The notes below the pieces were generated by a model. The model did no database searches. It saw nothing but the letters and a program-made list of their open reading frames with translations, and was not told where the DNA came from. Shown here in pieces: positions 1-10,512 of a stretch of 64,000 bases of DNA. Position 1 is the stretch's first letter. Every line of letters begins with the position of its first letter. Source of the stretch: Pirellulales bacterium (GTDB lineage Bacteria; Planctomycetota; Planctomycetia; Pirellulales; JAICIG01); assembly GCA_040901675.1 (NCBI GenBank), contig JBBDYJ010000035.1, positions 64,001 through 128,000 on the forward strand, in the 5' to 3' direction. The translations under genes were made by a program, and so were the position numbers.

Positions 1-111
1 TTCGGCACGGAGCTGAACGACCGAAGCCTCACCCCGGGCGAGAACCCGCGCCTCGGCCCGACACGCTTTGAGAACTGGCTGTCTTCCCAGTCGATGGCGG
101 TGGCCCACTGA
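1..111 (+). CDS. 3' end of an NAD(P)-binding/NmrA-like SDR protein (truncated by window edge)
   Basis: Frame 1 reads FGTELNDRSLTPGENPRLGPTRFENWL...stop at 109-111, resembling the C-terminus of atypical SDR/NmrA-like proteins. Confidence 0.55.
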   Translation, partial: FGTELNDRSLTPGENPRLGPTRFENWLSSQSMAVAH

Positions 112-193
112 GGCCCGCAAAATCGCTCGGCCTCCGGCACGAAGGATTCAATGGCCGTCTTGTAGCATCACGTTCGCTTTGGAGGACTCAATC

Positions 194-970
194 ATGACCG
201 AGCAGCGCCTTGCGGGAAAAGTGGCCCTCGTTACGGGTAGCAGTCGGGGAATCGGCCGCGCGATCGTCCTTCGCTTCGCGCGAGAGGGAGCGGACGTCGC
301 CATCAACTACAGTCGCGATGAAGCGGCAGCGGGTGATGTTCTCGCGGAGGTCGAGGCGAGTGGACGCCGAGGCTTCCTCATCAAAGCCAATCTCGCCAAC
401 GTTTCAGAAACACGAGCGATGGTCAACGAGGTTGTGTCGCGATTCGATCGACTCGACATCCTCGTCAACAATGCCGGCATCGAGAAGAAGGCGCCCTTTT
501 GGGAGGTGACCGAGAAGGATTACGACCAGGTGATGGACGTCAATCTCAAGGGCGTGTTCTTCGCTTCGCAGGCCATGGTCCAGCAACTGCGACAGACTAA
601 GCGGCCAGGGAGAATCATCAACATCAGCTCTGTTCACGAAGACCTTCCATTCCCCGGTTTTGCTTCGTACTGCGCGAGCAAAGGGGGCGTCCGCATGCTC
701 ACCCGCAATTTGGCCGTGGAGCTCGGGCCGCTTGGAATTACAGTCAACGCAATCGCCCCCGGGGCAATTGCCACGCCGATCAATGCCGACCTGCTCAACA
801 ATCCGGCGCAACTTGACGCCTTGATCGGACAGATCCCTCTCGGTCGGCTCGGCAAGCCAGAGGACGTTGCGGGCTTGGCCGCGTTCCTTGCTTCGACTGA
901 CGCGAGCTACGTCACCGGCGCAACGTACTTCGTCGATGGCGGACTGACGTGGCACTACGAAGAACAATAA
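194..970 (+). CDS. SDR oxidoreductase, glucose 1-dehydrogenase-like
   Basis: TGSSRGIG, NNAG, NISSVHE and YCASK motifs; GGAGG RBS at 181-185 before ATG 194. Confidence 0.9.
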   Translation: MTEQRLAGKVALVTGSSRGIGRAIVLRFAREGADVAINYSRDEAAAGDVLAEVEASGRRGFLIKANLANVSETRAMVNEVVSRFDRLDILVNNAGIEKKAPFWEVTEKDYDQVMDVNLKGVFFASQAMVQQLRQTKRPGRIINISSVHEDLPFPGFASYCASKGGVRMLTRNLAVELGPLGITVNAIAPGAIATPINADLLNNPAQLDALIGQIPLGRLGKPEDVAGLAAFLASTDASYVTGATYFVDGGLTWHYEEQ

Positions 971-979
971 TTGGACACT

Positions 980-3775
980 ATGGCAAGTCAACCGAAGCAC
1001 AACGCAGAATCCCGCCGCCTGGAGGAAGCCGCTAGGCGCGAGAAAAACTGGCAGCGGTGGGGACCCTACCTCGCGGAGCGCCAATGGGGCACCGTGCGCG
1101 AGGACTACTCCGAGGATGGCGAGGCATGGGAATACTTCTCGCACGACCAGGCCCGCAGCCGCGCCTACCGCTGGGGCGAAGACGGATTGATGGGTATTTG
1201 CGATCGCGAATGCCGGCTTAGCTTCGCCCTCGCGCTGTGGAACGGCCGGGATCCCATCCTCAAGGAGCGGCTCTTCGGCCTCACTGGCCCCGAGGGCAAT
1301 CATGGCGAAGACGTGAAGGAGTGTTACTATTATCTCGACTCCACGCCCACTCACTCGTACATGAAAGCCCTGTACAAGTACCCCCACGGCGAGTTTCCCT
1401 ACGCACGGCTCGTGGATGAGAATCGGCGGCGCACCAAAACCGATCCGGAGTTCGACCTCGTCGATGCTGGGGCGTTCGATGAGGATCGCTATTTCGACGT
1501 CTTCGCCGAGTACGCTAAGGCGTCGCCCAACGACGTGCTCATTCGCCTCACGGTCGCCAATCGCGGACAGGAACCGGCAACAATCCACGTGCTCCCGACA
1601 TTGTGGTTCCGCAACACCTGGTCTTGGGGCTGCACTCACGAGGGCTGCGAGGTAAAGCCGCGGCTGGAAGCCGCCGGGCCCGCCGCCATTGTCGCCCGGC
1701 ACGTCACTCTTGGAGAGTTTCGGTTGGACATCGATCAGGCCGCCGACGGCACGCCTCCCGAGCTGGTGTTTACGGAGAATGAAACCAACTCACGCCGCGT
1801 TTTCGGCTTCGATGATGGAAATCGCCATGTGAAGGACGCGTTTCATCACGCCGTGATTCACGGCGACGCCGGGGCGGTCAACGCTCGGCGGTTCGGCACA
1901 AAGGCCGCGTCAATCCACCGCCTGACGGTTCGGGCGGGCTCGCAGACCGTCGTACGGCTCCGGCTCACGGCCGTCGACGATGCGACGAGCGAACCCTTCG
2001 CGGACTTCGACGAAGTCTTTGCGACACGCATCGCTGAGGCTGACTCCTTCTACGCCGAACGCATCCCTGCCGCAGGCGGTGAAGCGGCGTCGAACGTGTC
2101 TCGCCAGGCTTACGCTGGGCTGTTGTGGAGCAAGCAGTTTTATCACTACGTGGTGAAGGACTGGCTCGCCGGCGACGCCGATCAACCACCGCCGCCGCCA
2201 AGCCGACGCGTTGGTAGGAACCACGACTGGCCCCACTTGTTCAATCGCGACGTCATCTCAATGCCTGACAAGTGGGAGTACCCGTGGTACGCCGCGTGGG
2301 ACCTCGCGTTCCACATGATTCCGATGGCGACTGTCGACCCTGAGTTTGCCAAGCGGCAATTGGAACTATTCTTGCGAGAATGGTACCTCCACCCGAACGG
2401 ACAAATGCCGGCCTACGAGTGGGCGCTTTCGGATGTCAATCCGCCCGTTCACGCATGGGCTTGTTGGCGCGTATATAAGATGACCGCTCCGCGCGGCAAG
2501 CGAGACGTTGCCTTCCTCAAACGCGTGTTTACCAAGTTGCTGCTGAACTTCACCTGGTGGGTTAATCGCAAGGATGTCGCGGGCAATCATCTGTTCTCCG
2601 GCGGGTTCCTTGGGCTCGATAATATCGGCGTCTTCGACCGCTCGAAGCCGTTGCCCGGCGGCGGCCGCCTTGAACAAGCCGACGGCACCGCGTGGATGGC
2701 TTTTTATGCCGCAACGATGCTCGCAATGGCACTGGAGCTGGCCCAGTACGATGACACCTATGAAGACATCGCGTCCAAGTTCTTCGAGCATTTTGTGCAC
2801 ATTGCGGATGCGATGAATACCCTCGGCGGCATGGGCCTGTGGCACGAAGGCGACGGTTTTTACTATGACCAACTCAAGGTCGACGATAGGGCTGTGCCGA
2901 TGGGAATCCGCTCGATCGTGGGAATTATCCCACTATTTGCAGTCGAGGTGCTGGAGCAGGCTGACATCGATCGCCTGCCAGGCTTCCGCAAGCGGATGGA
3001 GTGGTTCCTCAAGCACCGGCCCGATCTGGGACGGCATATCGCTTACTGCGATCGCTCGCATCACGCGAAGAAAGACGATGAGCGCGACGGTCAGGCCGCT
3101 GGCCACCGTCTTCTGGCGATCCCGTCGCGGGAGCGGCTGGAACGAGTGCTACGATATCTCTTGGACGAAAGCGAATTCTTATCGCCACACGGCATTCGGG
3201 CGTTGTCGCGCTTTCATCGCGACCGCCCCTTCGTGCTGTGGGCCGATGGCCAAGAACACCGCGTTGCCTATACGCCCGGCGAGTCCACATCCGGCTTATT
3301 TGGCGGGAATTCCAATTGGCGAGGTCCGATCTGGTTCCCCGTGAACTACCTCGTCATCGAGGCCCTGGAACGGTATCACCACTTCTACGGCGACGAAGTG
3401 CGCGTGGAGTGCCCGACTGGATCTGGCCAGCACATGAATCTTTTTGAAGCGTCACAAGAGCTGCGCCTCCGTCTTGCAAAGTTATTCGTGCCCGACGACT
3501 CAGGCCGTCGCGCCTGCCACGGCAACGACCAGCGATACGCCATCGACCCGCACTGGCGCGATCTGCCGCTGTTCTACGAGTATTTTCACGGCGACACGGG
3601 CCGTGGCGTTGGCGCAAGCCATCAAACCGGATGGACTGCGCTTGTCTCAACAATTCTTCGTGACCTTCGCTCGAAATTGGGAGGCACTCCACAGGTAGAA
3701 GCCATCGACATGCTTCCGTCCCGGAATCGCCCGGATTCCCCGCCCCAGACCCTGCCCGCCGGCGTAGAATGTTGA
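980..3775 (+). CDS. Glycoside hydrolase family 63 (MGH1-like glucosidase)
   Basis: WGPYLAERQWGTVREDYS, MPDKWEYPWYAAWDLAFH, GGNSNWRGPIW and GASHQTGWT motifs. Confidence 0.9.
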   Translation: MASQPKHNAESRRLEEAARREKNWQRWGPYLAERQWGTVREDYSEDGEAWEYFSHDQARSRAYRWGEDGLMGICDRECRLSFALALWNGRDPILKERLFGLTGPEGNHGEDVKECYYYLDSTPTHSYMKALYKYPHGEFPYARLVDENRRRTKTDPEFDLVDAGAFDEDRYFDVFAEYAKASPNDVLIRLTVANRGQEPATIHVLPTLWFRNTWSWGCTHEGCEVKPRLEAAGPAAIVARHVTLGEFRLDIDQAADGTPPELVFTENETNSRRVFGFDDGNRHVKDAFHHAVIHGDAGAVNARRFGTKAASIHRLTVRAGSQTVVRLRLTAVDDATSEPFADFDEVFATRIAEADSFYAERIPAAGGEAASNVSRQAYAGLLWSKQFYHYVVKDWLAGDADQPPPPPSRRVGRNHDWPHLFNRDVISMPDKWEYPWYAAWDLAFHMIPMATVDPEFAKRQLELFLREWYLHPNGQMPAYEWALSDVNPPVHAWACWRVYKMTAPRGKRDVAFLKRVFTKLLLNFTWWVNRKDVAGNHLFSGGFLGLDNIGVFDRSKPLPGGGRLEQADGTAWMAFYAATMLAMALELAQYDDTYEDIASKFFEHFVHIADAMNTLGGMGLWHEGDGFYYDQLKVDDRAVPMGIRSIVGIIPLFAVEVLEQADIDRLPGFRKRMEWFLKHRPDLGRHIAYCDRSHHAKKDDERDGQAAGHRLLAIPSRERLERVLRYLLDESEFLSPHGIRALSRFHRDRPFVLWADGQEHRVAYTPGESTSGLFGGNSNWRGPIWFPVNYLVIEALERYHHFYGDEVRVECPTGSGQHMNLFEASQELRLRLAKLFVPDDSGRRACHGNDQRYAIDPHWRDLPLFYEYFHGDTGRGVGASHQTGWTALVSTILRDLRSKLGGTPQVEAIDMLPSRNRPDSPPQTLPAGVEC

Positions 3776-3922
3776 AGTTACCTGCTCGTGGAGGCCCTGG
3801 AACGCTATCCACCTCGAATGCCGGCAACGCCCCACCGCGCAATCGTGATATCTCCTTCTGGTTCCAGGTCGGGAGCTTCGCGTTCGGACGATGGCGGCCC
3901 ACTGCGAGGTTTTCTTAAAGGC

Positions 3923-4321
3923 CTATTTGGCGTTGGCTTGCGAGCGCCGCCGCGCACTTTCGCGGATCATTGCGGTCAGGTCCTCAGCCGGGCGAATCTC
4001 GAATGGCCCCACCTTGACGCCGGGGTGCTTCGACATCAACTGGATGGCGTGGTTCAGGTCCCTGGCTTCGAGGACTAGGATTCCGCCCAACACCTCTTTC
4101 GTCTCGGCATACGGCCCATCGGTGATGGAGACCTTGCCGTCCTTCCACCGCAAGGTGACGGCGCTGCGAGCGCTTTGGAGCGCTTCGCCGCCAACGAAGT
4201 GACCGTCCTTACGCAGCAGGTCGTCGTAGGCGAAACACTCGTCCATCAAGGCGTTCTGCTCGCTTTCGGACGCCGTTTCCCACTTCTTCTCATCCAAGTA
4301 TCCAAGGCATACGTATTTCAT
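3923..4321 (-). CDS. YciI/DGPF-family protein
   Basis: [14 protein letters not shown] motif. Confidence 0.9.
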   Translation of the reverse strand: MKYVCLGYLDEKKWETASESEQNALMDECFAYDDLLRKDGHFVGGEALQSARSAVTLRWKDGKVSITDGPYAETKEVLGGILVLEARDLNHAIQLMSKHPGVKVGPFEIRPAEDLTAMIRESARRRSQANAK

Positions 4322-4357
4322 GGTTTCCTCCGGCCAAGTTGGCTCTTATACCAATTA

Positions 4358-4384
4358 GTCGTTCGGCCGCCCCCGAAATCGACA
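4358..4384 (-). promoter_or_regulatory. ECF42-type promoter upstream of the DGPF gene
   Basis: Minus strand TGTCGA-N17-CGAC about 35 nt before the ATG; ECF42 sigma factors are known to drive DGPF genes from TGTCGA...CG(A/T)C promoters. Confidence 0.6.
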
Positions 4385-4479
4385 ACGGGCCCGCAAGAAT
4401 CTCTAATTTGCCGTTTCAGTCGGCAGTTCGGCAAGCCGAGGAAGTGATCCTGCTCGGTCAAGCTCATGCCCAATGTGAC

Positions 4480-4947
4480 TTAGCCTTGTCCCCCGAACGC
4501 CGCCTGCACGCGCTTCTGCATCTCCTCCGGCGCGACGTCTTCCTTGTGGGTGGCCACCCACCACAGATGCCCGAAAGGATCTTCGAGCTGGCCGGAGCGA
4601 TCCCCGTAAAACTGATCCATCACGGGCTTGCGCTCCTTGGCCCCGGCGGCCAGCGCATGCTTGAAAAACGCGTCGACGTCCTCGACATAGAGATGGATGC
4701 TGACGGGCGAGCCGCCCAGCGTTGGCGGCGCCTTGCCGCCGAACTCCGGGAACTCATCCGACAGCATGACCAGGGAATCGCCCAGACGGATTTCCGCATG
4801 GCCGAGACGTCCGTCAGGCATCAGCAATTTGTAGCTCTCGGTCGCTCCGAACGCCTTCTTGTAGAACTCCAGCGCCCGGACGGCATCTTTGATGGCCAGG
4901 TACGGCGTCACGGTGTGGTGCCCGGCAGGGATGGCCTTTGCACTCAT
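4480..4947 (-). CDS. VOC/glyoxalase (PhnB-like) protein
   Basis: TVTPYL...FYKKAFGA, HAEIRLGDS, DQFYGDRSGQLEDPFGHLW. Confidence 0.9.
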   Translation of the reverse strand: MSAKAIPAGHHTVTPYLAIKDAVRALEFYKKAFGATESYKLLMPDGRLGHAEIRLGDSLVMLSDEFPEFGGKAPPTLGGSPVSIHLYVEDVDAFFKHALAAGAKERKPVMDQFYGDRSGQLEDPFGHLWWVATHKEDVAPEEMQKRVQAAFGGQG

Positions 4948-5010
4948 GGGTGTCTCCTTTCTTGAGGTTTAGTTCACTCGCTTGTTGCAACCTCCCGCCG
5001 CCTTTAAACC

Positions 5011-6429
5011 TCACTCCGTTTCGGCGAAGGCGTACAGGTGCTTCTCGGTCCGCACGTATAGCGTGTCGTCCGCGATCGCCGGCGTGGCCGCCGTCCGTTC
5101 GTCGAGCTTCGGGTTCTTGGCCACCACGACCGGCTGCTCGGACCCGGCCACGAGCACGGTCACGGCGCCGTCGAGGGACGTGAAGTAGATGTGCCCGTTC
5201 GCCGCCACCGGCGAGGCGTAGTACTTGCCGCCCGCGGCCGCCCGTCCCTGGTACACCTCGGCGCCGGTCCTGGCATCGTAGGCGGTTACAATGCCGCCGT
5301 CCTTCACCATCACGTACTGCCCGCGGTACACAATCGCCGATGGGACGTAGGGCAGGCCCTTCGTTTGCTTCCAAAGCACGTGCGACTCCGTCAGGTCCCC
5401 CGTCCCGCCGGCCTTCAACGCGAAGGCGATATTCTTCCCCTCGGACATGAACTTGAGGATCGTGTCCCACTCGTCGCGGGCGATCTTGCCGTCCTTGTTC
5501 GTGTCTTGGTTGTCGAAGAAGCCCTCGAAGGTCTTCTCGGCCTCGGCTCGCGACAGCGCGCCGTCCTTGTCCGCGTCCAGATCCTTGAGCAGGCCGTCGA
5601 AGCTCGGCATCTGGTTCTCCGTGTCGTCCGGGCCGCCCGGCGACCAGCCGGCGAAGAACAGGATGCCGTCGGCCGTCACCGGGGAGGAGCAGCACGCCGT
5701 GGGAACGCCGGCCACGGACCACCTCTCTGCGCCGGTCTTGAGGTCGTAGCCGATCATCCGCGCGTGGCCGGCCGCCACAACCTGCTTGCCGGCCGGGGTG
5801 TCCCAAACCACCGGCGTGCAGTATGAGGCCGGCGACTGGCGTTTCTTCTCCCATTGGAGCGATCCGCTGGCCGCGTCGAGCGCGAAGATCCTTGAATCCT
5901 TCGTCTGGTCCCGGACGAGTACGACCATGCCGTCCGCCAGGATCGGCGAGACTCCGCTGCCGAAGTCCCCGGCCGTGCCCGCCGCCGGCATCTCGAACGT
6001 CCAGAGCTCGTTGCCCGACAGGTCGTAGCAGAACAGCCCGCAGGAACCGAAGTACGACACGATCCGCTCTCCGTCCGTCGCTGGGGTGGACGCGGCCGGA
6101 CTGCCCTCGGTCTTGTTGTACGCCTCGATCTCTTTTGCCGGGGCCTCGGCTCGCCACGCTTCCTCTCCATTTGCGCGGCTGTAGGCGATTGTGTATAGCT
6201 TCCCGCGGTCGAACGCGGTGATGACGAGCTTGTCTCCAGCGACGACCGGCGAGGAGAGTCCGCTCGGCGCGGGGACTTTCCACTTCACATTCTTGTCCGG
6301 GCCGAGCTGGACCGGCGGCCTCTGGCCGTCCGCGACGCCCGACCCGCCCGGCCACGCGAGCGGCTTATCCGCAGCCAGTCCGACCGCCGAGAACAACGCC
6401 ACTGCCACCAGGCCGATCAATGTCTTCAT
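5011..6429 (-). CDS. Secreted PQQ-like beta-propeller protein with inserted EF-hand pair
   Basis: Signal peptide; repeated SSPV/STPA/ASP..W blades; DADKDGALSRAE and DTNKDGKIARDE EF-hand loops. Confidence 0.85.
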   Translation of the reverse strand: MKTLIGLVAVALFSAVGLAADKPLAWPGGSGVADGQRPPVQLGPDKNVKWKVPAPSGLSSPVVAGDKLVITAFDRGKLYTIAYSRANGEEAWRAEAPAKEIEAYNKTEGSPAASTPATDGERIVSYFGSCGLFCYDLSGNELWTFEMPAAGTAGDFGSGVSPILADGMVVLVRDQTKDSRIFALDAASGSLQWEKKRQSPASYCTPVVWDTPAGKQVVAAGHARMIGYDLKTGAERWSVAGVPTACCSSPVTADGILFFAGWSPGGPDDTENQMPSFDGLLKDLDADKDGALSRAEAEKTFEGFFDNQDTNKDGKIARDEWDTILKFMSEGKNIAFALKAGGTGDLTESHVLWKQTKGLPYVPSAIVYRGQYVMVKDGGIVTAYDARTGAEVYQGRAAAGGKYYASPVAANGHIYFTSLDGAVTVLVAGSEQPVVVAKNPKLDERTAATPAIADDTLYVRTEKHLYAFAETE

Positions 6430-6435
6430 GTCCAA

Positions 6436-6531
6436 TCAACTCCGTTGCCGTGGGATATATGGTTCTGACCTCGTCTCGGCGACCGCGATGTCTCCCTCGA
6501 TGAACACGTCCAGTTGCTGGCCGACGTAGAC
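6436..6531 (-). pseudogene. Orphan 3' fragment of an HlyD/DevB-like membrane fusion protein
   Basis: Reads VYVGQQLDVFIEGD...stop with no upstream ORF; resembles a typical MFP C-terminus. Confidence 0.5.
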
Positions 6532-6535
6532 GGCA

Positions 6536-8734
6536 CTAATGCGGGCGCGAGATTCCCAGCTTCTTCATCTTGGATTGGAGCGTCGTCCGCTTCATCGCCA
6601 GACGCGCCGCGGCGCCGTTCGGACCACCCAGCACCCAGCCGCATCCGCGGACGACGCTGAGGATGTGGTCCCGTTCGGCGTCGGCCAGAGAAACTGGTCC
6701 GCCGGCAGCGGCGTCCGCGCTTCTGGCCGACTGCACGTCGCCGGCGGCCAGCGGCATGCTGGACGCGGTCTTCCTCCCAGGTGGCTGGGCAGTTGCCGCG
6801 GGCTGCAGGTCGGCGGCGGGGATCTGCAGCGCTGGGCCCGGCGAGAGGATGACCGCGCGTTCGATGACGTTTTGCATCTCCCGGATGTTGCCCGGCCAGG
6901 GATAGCGGACCAGGGCGTCCATGACGGCGGTCGGAATGGTTTCGATCCGCCGGCCCATCCGCTGCGCGAATCGCTGGGCGAAGTGGCGGGCGAGCATCGG
7001 TATATCGTCGCGGCGCTCGCGCAGCGGGGGCAGCACGACGGGGAACACGTTCAGGCGGTAGTAGAGGTCGCTGCGGAAGTGGCCGTCGGCAACCATCCGC
7101 GCCAGATCCCGGTTCGTCGCCGCCACCAGGCGCACGTCCACGCGGATGGTGTGCGTGCTGCCCAGCCGCTCGAACTCCTGCTCTTGCAAAGCGCGGAGCA
7201 GCTTCGGCTGCAGTTCGGGAGGAATGTCGCCCACTTCGTCGAGGAACAACGTCCCCTGGTGTGCTAGCTCGAAGCGGCCGATCTTCTGGGTGATGGCGCC
7301 TGTGAAAGCGCCCTTCTCATGGCCGAACAGCTCGCTCTCCAGAAGCCCGGTGGGAATAGCAGCACAGTTGAGCTTGACGAAGGTCCGGTCCCGGCGCGGG
7401 CTCAAGTCGTGCAGGGCACGGGCAACCAGCTCCTTTCCGGTGCCCGTCTCTCCGCGGATGAGCACGGTCGAGCCGGTGCGGGCGACCGTCTCGACCTCCT
7501 TCAACACCCGACGCAGCGAGGCGCTCTCGCCGACGATCTCCCCGAAGTTCTGGTCGGTGCGGACCTCCTCCTCCAGGTAGAGATTCTCCTTGGCCAGCCG
7601 GTCTTTCAGCTCGGTGATCTGCCGGTAGGCCTGGGCGTTCTCCACGGCAATCGCGATCTGCTTGGCCACCTCGCTCAGCAGCTCGACCTCCTGGGCGCTG
7701 AATGCATCGTCGCGGCGTCTGCCCATGTCCAGTGCGCCCAGCACGCGGTCGCGGTACGGCAGCGGGACCGAGCAAAACGCCTTCACGCCTTCAGCAATCC
7801 AATGTCTTGCGCACGCCGATTCCGTGGCCAGGCTTTTCAAGTCCCGCTCGCCAAGGATTGCCGGCTTACGGGTGGTGATTGCAATACTGGCGGGTGTCCT
7901 GCAGTCGGCCTCGGCAATTCCTTCTTCGATAAACGACTCGTTCTTCGCAAAAGACAGCACGTGGACGCGGTAGCGCCGCGTCTCCTGGTCAACCAGCACC
8001 AAGGCCGAGCCGTCATGCTCGATGACCGCTCGCAGGCAGCCGCTGACGGCGGGAAAAAGGTCGTCCAGGCTCAAATGGGCGACTACCGCGTTGTTCACTT
8101 CCAGCAGAAGCCGGACGCGGTCGCGTTCGTGCGTCAGTTGCCGCTGGGCGGCCTGGGCGCTCTCGTCGTGCAGCACGTTGTCCACGGCGACGGCGACCTG
8201 CTTCGCCACCTGGTGCATGAAGTGGACCTCTGCCGGCTGATAGACGCGCCTGTGCTTGCTCCCGAATCCCATGGCGCCCAGCCGCCGCAACGCCGTGGTC
8301 AACGGAACCACGCAGAACGATTGCACGCCGTTCTCCCGCAACAAGGGCTGCAACTGAGGGAAACGGCTCTCGAGCGCTACATCCTCGACCACCAAGGGCT
8401 GCTGAGTTTTCCACACTAACCCCCCTGGCGATTCGTCGACGGGCAGCTCCAGCCCCGGGCGGATCGTGCTGGGTTCCGGCACAACCAGCAAGTGCAGCCG
8501 CATTATGTGGCGCGCGGAATCGTACAACACCAGGTTGATGTAATCGAACGGGACGATGGGCGGGAGCCGCTCGGCGAGATCGTGGAACAGCTCGCCCAGG
8601 TCCCGGTGCACCGCAATGGCTTCCCCAACCTCCAGGAGGGTCCGGTACTGCTCGCGGGAGAAGAGAGCCTCCCGGCTTTCCAGCAATTCAGGCATAACCA
8701 GAAGCTCCGCGAGGCGACTTGGGTCCGGGGTCAT
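6536..8734 (-). CDS. FhlA-like sigma54-dependent activator (2 GAF + AAA+ + HTH)
   Basis: [37 protein letters not shown]-terminal [18 protein letters not shown] overlap with upstream gene. Confidence 0.92.
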   Translation of the reverse strand: MTPDPSRLAELLVMPELLESREALFSREQYRTLLEVGEAIAVHRDLGELFHDLAERLPPIVPFDYINLVLYDSARHIMRLHLLVVPEPSTIRPGLELPVDESPGGLVWKTQQPLVVEDVALESRFPQLQPLLRENGVQSFCVVPLTTALRRLGAMGFGSKHRRVYQPAEVHFMHQVAKQVAVAVDNVLHDESAQAAQRQLTHERDRVRLLLEVNNAVVAHLSLDDLFPAVSGCLRAVIEHDGSALVLVDQETRRYRVHVLSFAKNESFIEEGIAEADCRTPASIAITTRKPAILGERDLKSLATESACARHWIAEGVKAFCSVPLPYRDRVLGALDMGRRRDDAFSAQEVELLSEVAKQIAIAVENAQAYRQITELKDRLAKENLYLEEEVRTDQNFGEIVGESASLRRVLKEVETVARTGSTVLIRGETGTGKELVARALHDLSPRRDRTFVKLNCAAIPTGLLESELFGHEKGAFTGAITQKIGRFELAHQGTLFLDEVGDIPPELQPKLLRALQEQEFERLGSTHTIRVDVRLVAATNRDLARMVADGHFRSDLYYRLNVFPVVLPPLRERRDDIPMLARHFAQRFAQRMGRRIETIPTAVMDALVRYPWPGNIREMQNVIERAVILSPGPALQIPAADLQPAATAQPPGRKTASSMPLAAGDVQSARSADAAAGGPVSLADAERDHILSVVRGCGWVLGGPNGAAARLAMKRTTLQSKMKKLGISRPH

Positions 8735-10251
8735 TTGCTGCGGCGAACGAACAGATGGTCCTTCTCGTCTTCGTCCCAGCCCACGTGCTTGATGCTGACG
8801 TTGGTGACTTGACCGTCGCTGGACGCCCCAAACGTCAGCAGCCAATCGAAAGTCAGCCGTGTCGGAGCTCGGGCATAGAACGATTCATTTTGCCAGTGCG
8901 ACAGGTCCGTCGTATACTCCCCGAACGTCACGAGCAGCCGGCCGCCCTCGCGCCGCACGAAGAGCCGGCCGTAGAGTTGGGACTCAAACGCGCCCGCGTA
9001 TTGTTCCAATGGCAGCGAAGGCGCCGTGGCCGGCGCGCGGGTCTTTTCCAGCCGGGCTTTTGCTTCGTCTCTGGGCCGGTAGGCGTTGCCTGGAGGTTCG
9101 TTGTGGAGCCATGTGGTTTCCCACTTGTCCGGATTCCATGCCGCGTCCGGCCCGATGAGGTACGCGTCGAACACGTCGTACATCAATAGCCCGGCAACGC
9201 TTTCCGAATCGAGGTTCGATAGTACGACGACCCCCAGTCTTTCTTCGGGAATCATCGCCAGCATCGCCCCCCATGCGCCGCCATGCAGCACGACCTTGCG
9301 GCCACGGTAATCCTGGACGAACCAGCCGAGCCCCGTGCCGTGGAACTGCGCGGCATACATGTTGCCTTCCGGCCGCGATTGGATGGGGATGGAAAACTGC
9401 AAGGCGTGCATCTCGCGAACGGTTTCGGGCAGGAGTATCCGGCGCTGTGCGTGCGTCCCCTCGGCAAGTTGCAGTTTGAGCCACTGCGCCATATCGACGA
9501 CCGTGGAGTAGACGCCGCCTGTGCGCGGCGCCGCCCGGGCGACAATGCCCGCATCGCTCCGCCAATGGCGCGGCGCGACTCGATCGGGCGGAACTTTCGT
9601 CACTTCCGCCGTGGTCGACCTCATGTCGAGCGGCCGGAAAATGTGCTCGGCGGCGAATTGCTCCCACGGTTGTCCTGAAACGTCGGTCACCACCTTGCCC
9701 AGGACGACATACATGTGATTGTTGTAGATGAACTGGGTGCGCAATTCGGCCGTCGACTCCAGGTGCTTGAGGCGGTGCAAAATCTCGTTGGTGCCAAATC
9801 CTGTCCCGTCTCCCAGCAAGTCGGCCCGCCGCAATCCCGTACGATGGCACAGCAAATCGCGCAGCGTGACGTGCTCTGTCAAGTAACGATCGGAAAGTTC
9901 GAAATCCGGCAGATGTTTTTCGACCGGATCGTCCCAGCCCAGTTTCCCTTCCTCGACCAGCAGGCCCACGCAGGCGGCCATGAACGACTTTGCGCACGAG
10001 GCGATCGAGAAGACGGTGTCGGCCCTTACTTTCCGGTCCTTGCCCAGTTCGCTCACGCCGTAGCCGCGCGCCAGCACAGTCTCGCCATCCTTGACGACGG
10101 CGATCGCCAGCCCGGGGACCCTCCACGTGTCCATGGCCTCGCGAATGTACGCATCCATCCCCCCAAAGCGGTCGCCGCCCCGCGCGTTCTGCGGACCGAG
10201 TGCCAGCCAGCCCACCACCCCATACGATAAGAATCGCGCGGCGACGCTCAC
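8731..10251 (-). CDS. Serine hydrolase (beta-lactamase fold) with DUF3471-like C-terminus
   Basis: IASCAK (SxxK), LLCHRTG, YNN, HGG motifs; GTG start 10251 with AAGGGAAAGG RBS. Confidence 0.85.
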   Translation of the reverse strand: MSVAARFLSYGVVGWLALGPQNARGGDRFGGMDAYIREAMDTWRVPGLAIAVVKDGETVLARGYGVSELGKDRKVRADTVFSIASCAKSFMAACVGLLVEEGKLGWDDPVEKHLPDFELSDRYLTEHVTLRDLLCHRTGLRRADLLGDGTGFGTNEILHRLKHLESTAELRTQFIYNNHMYVVLGKVVTDVSGQPWEQFAAEHIFRPLDMRSTTAEVTKVPPDRVAPRHWRSDAGIVARAAPRTGGVYSTVVDMAQWLKLQLAEGTHAQRRILLPETVREMHALQFSIPIQSRPEGNMYAAQFHGTGLGWFVQDYRGRKVVLHGGAWGAMLAMIPEERLGVVVLSNLDSESVAGLLMYDVFDAYLIGPDAAWNPDKWETTWLHNEPPGNAYRPRDEAKARLEKTRAPATAPSLPLEQYAGAFESQLYGRLFVRREGGRLLVTFGEYTTDLSHWQNESFYARAPTRLTFDWLLTFGASSDGQVTNVSIKHVGWDEDEKDHLFVRRSK

Positions 10252-10512
10252 AATCCTTTCCCTTCGAGTTGGATGATAACCTCTGCGGCGTTGCCGGGCA
10301 GGCCACCGTGAAGGCCGGCGCGAACAAGAAGGCCGTTGCAATGTGGGCACCGATCGGCCGTCCCCGAGATACGTAGGCACGCAACCCCTTACCGCCAATG
10401 CAAGCCTAATTATATAGCGGGTTGCGCGTGCACCGGACAAGGAGGGGGGCGAGATTAGGATTGTGTGAGCGCCGCTGGAGGCACCGTGCAGATGGTCCGC
10501 ACTCCCGTTGCA

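Noticed and set aside
3788..4078. 96-aa plus-strand ORF after GH63
   Set aside because: Only the first few codons resemble anything; the rest is antisense to the YciI gene
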